A stretch of DNA of 62,522 nt, counting the filler, from a bacterium (GTDB lineage: Bacteria > JALSQH01), in assembly GCA_027004335.1 (NCBI GenBank). It is 8 parts of 8 records of this genome, joined end to end, with 100 filler letters (N's around TTAATTAATTAA, not from the genome) between each part and the next. Parts side by side here need not be neighbours in the genome. Positions count along the whole stretch, not along the records: positions 36,904 to 42,156 come from JALTID010000024.1; positions 42,257 to 57,221 come from JALTID010000025.1; 6 more parts are not named here. The stretch is one strand, 5' to 3'. Of this stretch, positions 40,668 through 50,900 are shown piece by piece. Below the pieces are notes generated by a model, which made no database searches, was not told the DNA's origin, and saw only the letters and a list, made by a program, of their open reading frames with translations. The stretch's first letter is position 1, and each line of letters opens with the position of its first letter. The translations under genes and the position numbers were made by a program.

Positions 40668-41144
40668 TCAGGTTAAAAGACTCTCAAATTCTTTTTTAAT
40701 AGTTTCAGTATCAGTTCCTACCGAGAGAGATAGCTCCTGGAGAAGCATATTCTTGACCTGGTCCATCAATTTTTTTTCACCGAAAGAGAGAGGTTTCTTC
40801 CTGCTGGAATAGAGCAATTCTGCAAATACTTCCACAGTATCTTCTATTTTTCCTGTAAGTAATTTCTCCCTGAAAAACTTCTGCCTTTTATTCCAGTTAA
40901 CCTTCAGCCCTGCTGTCTTATAATTTTTGATCATAGATAAAATCTTCTTTGCCCGGGAAGAAGGGATTGGAGACCTTATACCCATTCTCTCTGCCCTTTT
41001 TACAGGTACCTTAATCTGAATGCCTTTCTCCAGAAGTTCTATTATATAAAACTCCTCACTTCCCATTTTTTCCACTCCCATTATTCTACCAACTCCCTTT
41101 GCAGGATAAACAATAAGATCCCCCACTTTAATTTTGAGTGCCAT
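40668..41144 (-). CDS. carD: CarD family transcriptional regulator
   Basis: KVGDLIVYPAKGVG, NWNKR, KPLSFGEKK. Confidence 0.9.
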   Translation of the reverse strand: MALKIKVGDLIVYPAKGVGRIMGVEKMGSEEFYIIELLEKGIQIKVPVKRAERMGIRSPIPSSRAKKILSMIKNYKTAGLKVNWNKRQKFFREKLLTGKIEDTVEVFAELLYSSRKKPLSFGEKKLMDQVKNMLLQELSLSVGTDTETIKKEFESLLT

Positions 41145-41324
41145 CTCTTACCTCCTATAAACTTTACCCGCCCCAGGCAAAATACTTTACCATCAAATCG
41201 TATTTTGTATACATTTTACACCTGTTTTTCTCACAGGTCAATCCCAGAAATGTAACTTTTTGTTGACAGAACTGTCTTAAAATATGTAAAATGTGTTAAA
41301 AGGAATGTATGGTAGAGGCTTAAG

Positions 41325-42156
41325 ATGATAAAATTTGTTATAAAAAAGAAAGACTTTAGCACTTTTGCTGCTGAGTTCGATCCAAAGATAAAGAAAAGCG
41401 GCATTTATTTAAAAACCTCAAGAGAAATCGGGGAAGGGGATGAAGTCAACATTGTTTTTCAATTCCCTGAAGAGGGGGTTGAGATCTCTGGAATTGGGGA
41501 AGTAGGATGGGTGGATGAAGAAATAGATACAACAGGAAGAAGAGGATTTCTTGTCAGAAATATAATTCTTTCACCTGAAAGCCAGGAAACTATTAGCCGT
41601 ACACTCATCAGTAGAAGGAGGCAAACTCCAACCCCTCCACCTCTATCACCACAAACACCTTCCCCACATCAGCATTACACACCCCCACCACCTCCTCCCC
41701 AGCAACCCAGCACACCATCCTACTCCACCGGGAGTAGCTATTATCAGGAATATACGCCTCAACCTCAATCCCCTTCCTCTCAACAGCAAACTCCTCCTCT
41801 CCAGCAACCATCAACACCATCTCAACAGGTTCCCACAGCAAATATTTCTGTCAATGTTTCTTCACCCACTACTCAACAGGCTCCACCTGGAACATCTACA
41901 CCTCAGTATCCCGGTGTACTTGATGAAGATCTAAAAAAATTAAAGGGCTCAAAGGGCTGGATATGGGTTCTGTTGTTTCTGATCATCGTGGGAGGAGCAT
42001 TATTCTGGTATTTTGAGATGGGAGGAAAAGAACTTATAACTACTCAAAAAAATGAAGCACCCCCACCGCCTCCCCCACAACCACAAAAAGTAGTAGTGGA
42101 AGTCAAACCAGAAGTTACAGCCCGTGTAACAAAAACTGCAAAACCAAAACCTAAGC
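41325..42156 (+). CDS. PilZ-like domain + Pro/Gln linker + TM membrane protein (3' partial)
   Basis: SGIYLKT...V.IVFQFP...GIGEVGWV...GF; low-complexity linker; TM WIWVLLFLIIVGGALFW. Confidence 0.65.
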
Positions 42157-42256
42157 NNNNNNNNNNNNNNNNNNNNNNNNNNNNNNNNNNNNNNNNNNNN
42201 TTAATTAATTAANNNNNNNNNNNNNNNNNNNNNNNNNNNNNNNNNNNNNNNNNNNN
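42157..42256. other. Artificial contig linker
   Basis: N/TTAATTAATTAA/N spacer. Confidence 0.99.
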
Positions 42257-42258
42257 TG

Positions 42259-42717
42259 AAAATCTTCAGACCATCTTTAGATGGCAAAGAAGTTTTCAAG
42301 GATTTCATATCAAGACTGGAAGAATCAATGAGATTGAGGGAAGATGTGTATGTGTTCAGTCTCATAGTGGATAAGCTGGCAAATAAACTTGAAGACCCAT
42401 CTTCTATAAACACAGGATTTAATATAATTCTCAAAGGGCTAACAGATTTTATAGGATACTTTCAATCCCTCGCGTTCAAATCTGTCAGATTTAGTGATAA
42501 TGAAAAATTTGTTGAATTCTTTGAATGGTTCGGAAAGCAGGATTGGGGAAACATGCTTAATGAAAAGACTCTTCCTCCAGAGGTAATTGAGTATCTGAAG
42601 GGATTCAAAATCTTCCTTGATACCATTCTAATCCAGATTGGAAATAGAACAGAATTACAAAACATTCCCTTTGACAAAGATCAGGCTGAAATTATTTTAA
42701 AACAATTTATTTATTAA
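42259..42717 (+). CDS. Hypothetical protein (5' partial)
   Basis: Frame open from the contig edge; ends just before the maeB SD. Confidence 0.7.
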   Translation, partial: KIFRPSLDGKEVFKDFISRLEESMRLREDVYVFSLIVDKLANKLEDPSSINTGFNIILKGLTDFIGYFQSLAFKSVRFSDNEKFVEFFEWFGKQDWGNMLNEKTLPPEVIEYLKGFKIFLDTILIQIGNRTELQNIPFDKDQAEIILKQFIY

Positions 42718-42735
42718 AATTAACAGGGAGGAAAA

Positions 42736-45009
42736 ATGCTAAGGGCAAAGGTAAGGAAAGAAGAAGTCTTAGAATATCATTCAAGGGGGCGAAAAGGGAA
42801 ACTTGAAGTGGTTCTCTCCAAGCCATGTCTCACACAGAGAGATCTTTCTATGGCTTATACCCCGGGTGTTGCTCATGTATGCAGGGAAATAGAAAAAGAT
42901 CCTCATCTTGTTTATGAATACACAATCAAAGGGAATCTCGTAGCAGTCATAAGCAATGCCACCGCGGTGCTGGGACTTGGAGATATCGGTCCTCTGGCAG
43001 GAAAACCAGTGATGGAAGGTAAGGCTGTTCTCTTCAAAAGATTCGCAGACATTGATGTTTTTGATATTGAAGTTAATGAAAAAGACCCTGATAAGGTTAT
43101 CGAGATCATTAAAGCAATTGCACCCACCTTTGGAGGAATAAATCTTGAAGATATTAAGGCTCCAGAATGTTTCTATATTGAGGAGAAACTAAAAGAACTT
43201 TTAGATATCCCAGTATTCCACGATGATCAGCATGGTGCTGCCGTTATCACTACTGCAGCTCTCCTCAATGCTCTGGAAATTCAGGGGAAAGATATTAGAA
43301 ACATAAAGGTGGTTATGTCTGGAGCAGGGGCTGCAGGAATAGCTATTGCGAAAATGTTTGTAGCGACCGGGGTTAAAAAATCTAATATAATAATGTCTGA
43401 CATCAATGGCGTGGTTTATAAGGGTAGAACCAAGGGAATGAACAAGTACTTGGAAGAATTTGCGGTTGAAACAGATAAAAGAACCCTTGCTGAAGCTATG
43501 GTAGGTGCAGATGTTTTTGTGGGAGTTTCAGTTGGAGGAATCGTTACTCCAGAAATGGTTAAAACTATGGCACCAAAGCCGATCATTTTTGCTTTGGCAA
43601 ATCCAGATCCCGAGATCCCCTATGATGAAGCAAAAAGAGCTGTTCCTGACGCCGTTGTTGCCACAGGAAGGAGCGATTTTCCAAACCAGGTTAACAATGT
43701 TCTGGGATTCCCTTTTATTTTCAGGGGCGCACTGGATGTAAGGGCGAAAACCATCAATGAAAAAATGGAACTTGCAGCAGCAAAAGCACTGGCAGATCTT
43801 GCTAAAGAAGATGTTCCGGAAAGTGTGTTAAAAGCTTATGGAAACATCAAACTAAGATTCGGACCTGACTATATAATACCCAAACCTTTTGATCCGAGAG
43901 TCCTTCTCTGGGTTGCCCCAGCGGTGGCAAAGGCAGCAATAGAATCAGGAGTTGCAAGAAAAAAAATTAAAGATTTTGAAAAATATAAAGAACATCTTGA
44001 AACATTATTAAGCCCCGCCAAAGAGATAATGAGATGGACCATAAACAAGGCAAAAGGAATAAAGAAGAAGAGGATCGTCTTCACAGAGGGGGATAATGAG
44101 GAGATCCTCAAAGCTATCCAGATAATTGTTGATGAAAATATTGCACACCCCGTTCTCTTAGGAAGAAGAAGAAAAATAAAAAATATGCTAAAAGAAATGG
44201 GGCTTGAAATAGAAGATAAAATCACTCTTATAAATCCAGAAAAGAGTGAAAAACTGGATGAATATGCTGAAGAACTATTTAAAATGAGGAACAGGAAAGG
44301 AATGACCCTCTCTGAAGCATACAGAGTTCTACAGGCCCCCAATGTTTTTGGAGCCATGATGGTTCGTATGGGTGATGCTGAGGGTATAATTACAGGGGAA
44401 AATATGTTCTACCCTGAAGCTATAAGGCCCCTTTTGAGAATAATAGGCAAGGAAAAAAATAGAAAAATTATAGCAGGATTGTACATGCTTGTTCTGAAGG
44501 ATAAGATTCTATTTTTTGCCGATGCTACTATCAACATAGAACCTGGTCCAGAAGAATTAGCCGACATTGCCATAATGACAGCAGACACAGCAAGATGGTT
44601 TAACATTGAACCCCATGTAGCCATGCTGAGTTTCTCAAATTTCGGGAGCAATCAGCATCCATTAGCTGTAAAAGTAAAAAAAGCAGTGGAAATAGTTAGA
44701 AACAGCAGACCTGATATTGAAATTGATGGAGAAATGCAGTTAGATCCCGCCGTAGTAGAGGAAATAAGAAAGGAGCTTTTCCCCTTTTCATTTTTAAAAC
44801 ATAATGCGAATGTTCTTATCTTTCCTGGACTTGAAGCTGGAAACATCGCCTACAAGATTCTCTGGAGATTAGGAGGAGCGGAGGCTATTGGACCCATACT
44901 TATGGGCATGGCGAAACCTGCAAATGTTCTTCAGAGAGGAGCCTCGGTAAATGAAATCGTCAATTTAACCGCTCTTACAGTCCTGGCAATTGCAGAAGAG
45001 GAAGCTTAA
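42736..45009 (+). CDS. maeB: NADP-dependent malic enzyme with phosphotransacetylase-like domain
   Basis: [35 protein letters not shown]. Confidence 0.97.
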   Translation: MLRAKVRKEEVLEYHSRGRKGKLEVVLSKPCLTQRDLSMAYTPGVAHVCREIEKDPHLVYEYTIKGNLVAVISNATAVLGLGDIGPLAGKPVMEGKAVLFKRFADIDVFDIEVNEKDPDKVIEIIKAIAPTFGGINLEDIKAPECFYIEEKLKELLDIPVFHDDQHGAAVITTAALLNALEIQGKDIRNIKVVMSGAGAAGIAIAKMFVATGVKKSNIIMSDINGVVYKGRTKGMNKYLEEFAVETDKRTLAEAMVGADVFVGVSVGGIVTPEMVKTMAPKPIIFALANPDPEIPYDEAKRAVPDAVVATGRSDFPNQVNNVLGFPFIFRGALDVRAKTINEKMELAAAKALADLAKEDVPESVLKAYGNIKLRFGPDYIIPKPFDPRVLLWVAPAVAKAAIESGVARKKIKDFEKYKEHLETLLSPAKEIMRWTINKAKGIKKKRIVFTEGDNEEILKAIQIIVDENIAHPVLLGRRRKIKNMLKEMGLEIEDKITLINPEKSEKLDEYAEELFKMRNRKGMTLSEAYRVLQAPNVFGAMMVRMGDAEGIITGENMFYPEAIRPLLRIIGKEKNRKIIAGLYMLVLKDKILFFADATINIEPGPEELADIAIMTADTARWFNIEPHVAMLSFSNFGSNQHPLAVKVKKAVEIVRNSRPDIEIDGEMQLDPAVVEEIRKELFPFSFLKHNANVLIFPGLEAGNIAYKILWRLGGAEAIGPILMGMAKPANVLQRGASVNEIVNLTALTVLAIAEEEA

Positions 45010-45452
45010 AAGGGTACATCATCCTCACTATCGGGTGGAGGCGAGTCAAGAAAAGCAGAACTTTCATCTGGAGACGATATTTCCTCAGGAACATCAGCAG
45101 AAACTACATTCTCCCCTTTGGGGGAAAGTATAACTATTTCTCTGGCTACAATTTCCACACTGTTTCTGGTCTCACCATTTTTATTTACCCACTGCCTATT
45201 GGCTAATCTCCCCAAAATGTAAATCTTTGTCCCCTTCGTAAGATACTGCTGGGCAAATTCAGCCAGCTTGCCCCATGCTACAATCCTGTGCCATGTGGTG
45301 GATTCCTTTCTATCACCACTGGCATTTATCCATTGCTCATTGGTTGCCACACTTAGATTCGCAACCATTTTTCCATCTCTTGTATAGCGGATATCCGGAT
45401 CTCTCCCCAAATTACCAATCAAAAACACTCTGTTAACGCTACCTCTACCCAT
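45006..45452 (-). CDS. ssb: Single-stranded DNA-binding protein
   Basis: [16 protein letters not shown]-terminal DDVPF; SD CAGGAGG before ATG 45452. Confidence 0.96.
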   Translation of the reverse strand: MGRGSVNRVFLIGNLGRDPDIRYTRDGKMVANLSVATNEQWINASGDRKESTTWHRIVAWGKLAEFAQQYLTKGTKIYILGRLANRQWVNKNGETRNSVEIVAREIVILSPKGENVVSADVPEEISSPDESSAFLDSPPPDSEDDVPF

Positions 45453-45503
45453 TAAAAACCTCCTGAATTGAAAATAAACTCTGTTAATATTATAATAAGT
45501 TTT

Positions 45504-45932
45504 GTGGAGGAAACAAAGAAATATAGGAATCCTGTTCCAACCGTGGATATTATAGTTCAATACAAGGGTAAAATTGTTCTTATCAGCAGAAAAAATCCTC
45601 CCTATGGATGGGCCATCCCTGGAGGATTTGTTGAATATGGAGAAAGCCTTGAAGAAGCAGCAGCAAGAGAAGCACAAGAAGAAACAAGTCTGAAAATCAG
45701 ATTGGTAGAACAATTCAGAGTTTATTCAAGACCGGACAGGGATCCAAGACAACACACCATCACAACAGTTTTCATCGCGGAAGGGGAGGGGATCCCAAAG
45801 GCTGCAGATGACGCAGCTGAGATAGGCCTATTTACAGAAGAAGATATCCCAGAAGATATAGTATTTGACCATAAAGAAATTCTCCAGGATTACTTCAACT
45901 ATGTAAAAAGGGGAATTAGAAGAAAATTGTGA
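45504..45932 (+). CDS. Nudix hydrolase
   Basis: Nudix box [31 protein letters not shown] 45504 lies 7 nt after TATAAT. Confidence 0.92.
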   Translation: MEETKKYRNPVPTVDIIVQYKGKIVLISRKNPPYGWAIPGGFVEYGESLEEAAAREAQEETSLKIRLVEQFRVYSRPDRDPRQHTITTVFIAEGEGIPKAADDAAEIGLFTEEDIPEDIVFDHKEILQDYFNYVKRGIRRKL

Positions 45933-46474
45933 TCACATTCCCAGAAACACTTCCTCTTAATCTTAAAGAAAAGGAGAAATTAATCAGGAAAATAGTGCTG
46001 GATTCATTAAGGAGTGCCGTGAATCTGAAGATCAGACCAGAATTTTATATAAAGGATCCACTTTCGGAACTAAAGTCACCCCTCTTTATTAGGATCTTTA
46101 AAAAAGGGACATTAAGAGGAGAGATGGGAAAAATCTATAAACTTAACTCTATAGTTAAGGATATCTCTGAGTCTGTTGCGGGAGCTGCTCTACAGGATAT
46201 CAGATTTCCACCAATCAAAAAGGAAGAAATTAAAGAGCTAAGGATAATTATACACTTCTTTTTAAGTTGTAAAAATTGTGAGAATTACGGGGTATACATT
46301 AGATATGATAAATACAGTTCCATTTTATTCCCATGGGAAAAAAAGAGTAATCAGCTGGAATCCAATCTTGACCTTGCATGTAAAAAAGCAGGGATACTTT
46401 CTCCCTGCTGGAGGAATATAGAAACTGAAATAGAAAAATTTCACACTGTATATTTAACAATCACCGGAGAATAA
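45929..46474 (+). CDS. AMMECR1-domain protein (divergent)
   Basis: [23 protein letters not shown]. Confidence 0.7.
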   Translation: MITFPETLPLNLKEKEKLIRKIVLDSLRSAVNLKIRPEFYIKDPLSELKSPLFIRIFKKGTLRGEMGKIYKLNSIVKDISESVAGAALQDIRFPPIKKEEIKELRIIIHFFLSCKNCENYGVYIRYDKYSSILFPWEKKSNQLESNLDLACKKAGILSPCWRNIETEIEKFHTVYLTITGE

Positions 46475-47921
46475 GATCCACTTCCTCCTCCCGGCCCGGC
46501 AATACCTCTACAACTTTAGAAACAAATTTATAGCCAGGAATCCACCCTTCGACAATATAAGTACCAGGTGGAAGTTTTAGAAATCCCCCGTTCTCTGATA
46601 GATGGTATTTCTTTATAAGCTGAGTCCCAGAGTAAATTTTGATTTCTCCCTCTATAGGCCGGAGCTTGCTATTAAAAATTTTTACTGTGAGAGTTCCTTC
46701 AAGGTATTTAATTCTTAAATGAACTTTTTTTATTTCTTTCTCATGAAGTTCTAAAAAAGCCTCTGTGGAGGTAAATTCTTTTAAGTTGGCTTTAATATAG
46801 TAAATTCCTGGCACCAGCTCAGCAACAAACCTGCCTTTTGAATCAGCCTTAACCTCTATATTTCCAGGCTTAATCATCACGGTAACATTTCCAATTGGAA
46901 AATCTGAGAAATTAGTGACCATTCCAACAATATATCCCTTTTCAAAGTCAATACAGGGATCTTTTGGGTCTCTTTTCTCCCGGGGAAGGAGATAATAATT
47001 TAGGCATCTCATATTAACCTGTCTGGGAGTTAATTTCTTCTTTACAATCTCAGGGGAAGATGAAGGAGTAGAGATAAAAGCAAATATCCTGTAAGATGGA
47101 GCCCCTACTCCTCTAGTAATCCCGGTCCCTGCTCCTATTCCCCACCTCAAATCACCTGTAAGAAAACTTGTAAGAAAATTTATTGCCATGGGATTTTGTG
47201 CCTCATTGTGAAAAGGCTTTCTTATGCCGGTAAGACCATTTATCTCCGCAGTAAAAGAGAGTTTTCCCCTTTTAGGAAATGTGAGGCCGAGAATATATTG
47301 AAGTTCATCATCTAAATTAAGATTCATTACTCTTTCTGCTGATTTTGCAACATAAGAAAGGTTCAAATAGAAATATGTCCGGGAAAGGAGAAAATCTGTT
47401 ATACCTGAAAATTTAAATTCAAAGTTTGAACTCCCAAGGTAATACTGAGGAGAACCACTGGGAACTATCATCTCTCCAAGCAAAGCAAATCCTGGATGAG
47501 AAGAAACAGGCAAGACTGAATATTTTAATCCAAATCTTACATTATTAAGTAGAGAAGTGGTTTCGTACAATCCATTTATAAAATCGGTTATCTTTACCAT
47601 TGAATTCCATGGAAGAAGGAGATAAGTTTGAAATTTATAAGGAAGGTTAAGAGAAGCTCCAAAATATGTTGTAAAAAGATGTGGAATAACTGCAGAAATG
47701 TGTCTCCTGTCAGATCCAGCCATTAGAGGATCTTTCTCATACGACGCCATTACTAACATATGTGATTTCCATATTCTCCCGGAGAAGGTGGAATAACTGG
47801 TTATTCCACCTTCAGGATCTATAGATGGATAAAAGGTAAGTACATCAAACCCTCCAGCAGGCAAATTCGCCACAGAGAAAATTAACAATCCTATGAGGAA
47901 AACCAAGTGCTTTTTTATCAT
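46461..47921 (-). CDS. TraB-like outer-membrane beta-barrel + two carboxypeptidase-regulatory-like (Ig) domains
   Basis: Signal peptide; FDVLTFYP, SYEKDPL, VRFGLKY, PSG....YLG, GAGTGITRGVGAPSYR; C-terminal ADSKGRF..LVPGIY and LPPGTYIVE. Confidence 0.65.
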   Translation of the reverse strand: MIKKHLVFLIGLLIFSVANLPAGGFDVLTFYPSIDPEGGITSYSTFSGRIWKSHMLVMASYEKDPLMAGSDRRHISAVIPHLFTTYFGASLNLPYKFQTYLLLPWNSMVKITDFINGLYETTSLLNNVRFGLKYSVLPVSSHPGFALLGEMIVPSGSPQYYLGSSNFEFKFSGITDFLLSRTYFYLNLSYVAKSAERVMNLNLDDELQYILGLTFPKRGKLSFTAEINGLTGIRKPFHNEAQNPMAINFLTSFLTGDLRWGIGAGTGITRGVGAPSYRIFAFISTPSSSPEIVKKKLTPRQVNMRCLNYYLLPREKRDPKDPCIDFEKGYIVGMVTNFSDFPIGNVTVMIKPGNIEVKADSKGRFVAELVPGIYYIKANLKEFTSTEAFLELHEKEIKKVHLRIKYLEGTLTVKIFNSKLRPIEGEIKIYSGTQLIKKYHLSENGGFLKLPPGTYIVEGWIPGYKFVSKVVEVLPGREEEVDLILR

Positions 47922-50900
47922 CTCCTCTTCTTCACAATTATAATAATAAATCCGAATCCAAACAAGAGTAAGAAAACAGGATCAAAATCTTCCTGGTTTC
48001 CAGGCATAAAACTGCAACCTCCTCCACCGAAGAATTTATAATTACCAGGAATCTTTTTTCCCTTTATGCCAGATGAAGAAGGCTGGGATGGTTGTGGAGT
48101 TAAATCTCTGTAATCAGGGATTCCATCATGATCAGAATCTCCTGTACCTTCCTCTCCATCAGGAATTCCATTATTGTTGCTATCTGGGTCTCTGAAATCA
48201 GGAATTCCATCTCCATCAGAATCTATCGGGGGGGTAGTGAGATCTTTGTCACCAGCTTCCTCAGCATCACTGAGACCGTCATTATCTGAATCATGGTCAA
48301 GGTAATCAGGTATTCCATCTCCATCATTGTCATATTTCACTTCATATCCTTCATCATGATTTGAAATGTAATCATGATCAAGATCTCCCAGTGGTCCATC
48401 TTCATCGTTAGCATCAAGATAATTTGGTATTCCGTCACCATCAATATCCCCTGTACCTTCAACTAAATCACTTTTACCATCACCATCGGAATCTGAATCA
48501 AGATAATTGGGTATTCCATCTCTATCTACATCTCTATCAGGTACAGAATCACCATTTATATCTGTATTATTTTCTGTGTAGGTAGGTATGCCATCATTGT
48601 CATCATCAGTGTCAATAAAATCTGGTTTTGAATCACCATCATGATTCACCGGAGGAGTTGAAAGATCAGCATCACCAGCTTCTACACTGTCGGGGACAGA
48701 ATCATTATCACTATCAAGATCCAGAAAATTGGGAGTGCCATCACTATCCGGATCAGAATAGCCCTCGTCAATATCGGCAATGGTATCATTATCTGAATCT
48801 TTATCCAGGTAATTGGGGATGCCATCATTATCTGCATCAGAGGCTGGAGTTGAGTAGGACTTATCTCCTGCTTCAATCTTATCTGGAATGTTATCATTAT
48901 CAGAATCAGAATCAATTATATCTGGTGTCCCGTCTCCGTCAGAATCTACCGGATTCTTCAGATCCTGTGCTTCTTCATGATCAGAAATAAAGTCATTGTC
49001 ACTATCAGTATCTCTGAAGTCAAATATTCCATCATTGTCGTGGTCTGCCACATCAGCAGTTGTTACATCTGGAGAATAGGATTCATAGAGATCACTTATT
49101 CCATCATTATCTGAATCATTGTCAAGAAAATCTGATCTCCCATCACCATCCGTATCAGGACCACATGTTGGATTTGTCACCTCCTCTGGCATGAAGTCTT
49201 CTTCTCTACCATCTGTTATATGGTCCCCATCGGTATCGGGATTGAGTATATCAGTACCACAGTAGTATTCACCGTAGTTGTTAAATCCGTCTCCATCAAG
49301 ATCATCAAGATCATCTCTTATACCATCTCCATCAGAATCTGGATTATTTTTATCCAGACCTGGAATAGAATCCTCATATAGGTCAGGCAGGTTATCTCCG
49401 TCAGAATCAACAATTTTATCATCTGAAGGATCCCTTGGGTTGGTACCCATCTGATTTTCAATATAGTCTGGAACTCCACCATTATCAGAATCTCTGTCAA
49501 GATAGTCGGGTATTCCGTCACCATCGGCATCTGCAGGGGTTCCATCGGGATTGAAAGGTCTTGCTTCTGTATAGTCGCAGATACCGTCATTGTCACTGTC
49601 TCTGTCTCTATAATCTGGTATCCTGTCACCATCAGAATCTACCGGAGGTGTTGCAAGGGTCCCATAGCCTACCTCTACATAATCGGAAATACCATCTCCA
49701 TCACTGTCAGTATCAAGGGCATCAATAGTGGTATCAGTCACTCCCGGACAACTGCCAGTTGTAATATCTGAAGAGTAGGGATGATAGATATCTGGACCTA
49801 CCTCCACAGGATCAGGGATAGTATCTCCATCACTATCTCTTAATGTTGGATCAGTTGTTGTAGTTACAACTTCAGTATAATCACTTAACCCATCACCATC
49901 CGTATCAGGGTTATATTTATCTGTACCATAAGTATCTTCATCTTTATTTAAAAGCGAATCATGATCAGGGTCACCAAGAGGGCCATCGCTATCATCCTTA
50001 TCAAGAAAATTTGGAATCCCATCACCATCTATATCGCCTGTCCCCTCTATCTGGTCACTTTTTTCATCACCATCTGAATCAAGGTCAAGATAATTTTTAA
50101 TCCCGTCCCCATCTATATCCTGATCAGTGGCAGGATTTCCGTAAACTGAAGTGTTCATCTCAACATAAGTGGAAATTCCATCATTGTCGTCATCTGCATC
50201 AAGAAAATCTGGTTTACCATCGTTGTCATGATCCCATGATGGAGGAGTTGTGGGATCCATATCACCAGCCTCATAAGTATCAGTAAGAGAATCACCATCA
50301 GAATCAGTATCTCTAAAAGCAGGGATATTGTCACCATCGGGATCAGCAGTACCTTCATTTTTATCTAAAATTGTGTCATTATCTGAGTCAGGATCCCTGA
50401 AATCTGGAATTCCATCATTATCTGTATCAACGGGAGGAGTTGAAAGAGAAGAATCACCTGCCTCAACACTATCAGGTATACCATCATTATCAGAATCTGT
50501 ATCAAGAGCATCAATTGTCCCATCTCCGTCTGTATCTGGTGGATTATTTAAATCTGGTAAAACTTCATCTCCATCACTTATTCCATCCCCATCAGTATCT
50601 GGATTCAATCTATCTGTGCCAATTCTATCTTCGACGAGATTAGGTATGCCATCACCATCAATATCTGCTGGAAGTATTTGAATTGTGTGGAGTGGTGACT
50701 GGCTCTGTATTAACTCAACACTTTCATAAGAAAAAGTGTTTGTTATGGTTTCCCAATTATTACCAGATACGACCCTGACAGAAAAAGCAAAAATATATGT
50801 CTCTCCTGATGTGATCTGTGAAACAGAGAAAGAAGGCCCATTGGAACTTGTATAGTTATAATCTCCAGCATCATCACCTGAATCATCTGTAAGATGGATA

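Noticed and set aside
45453-45713. 87-aa N-terminal extension on SSB from the ORF track
   Set aside because: It is antisense to the Nudix gene; a strong SD supports ATG 45452.
48100-50670. CRISPR-like or non-coding tandem array
   Set aside because: Repeats are degenerate codons for DxDxDG motifs inside one ORF; no fixed repeat-spacer structure.
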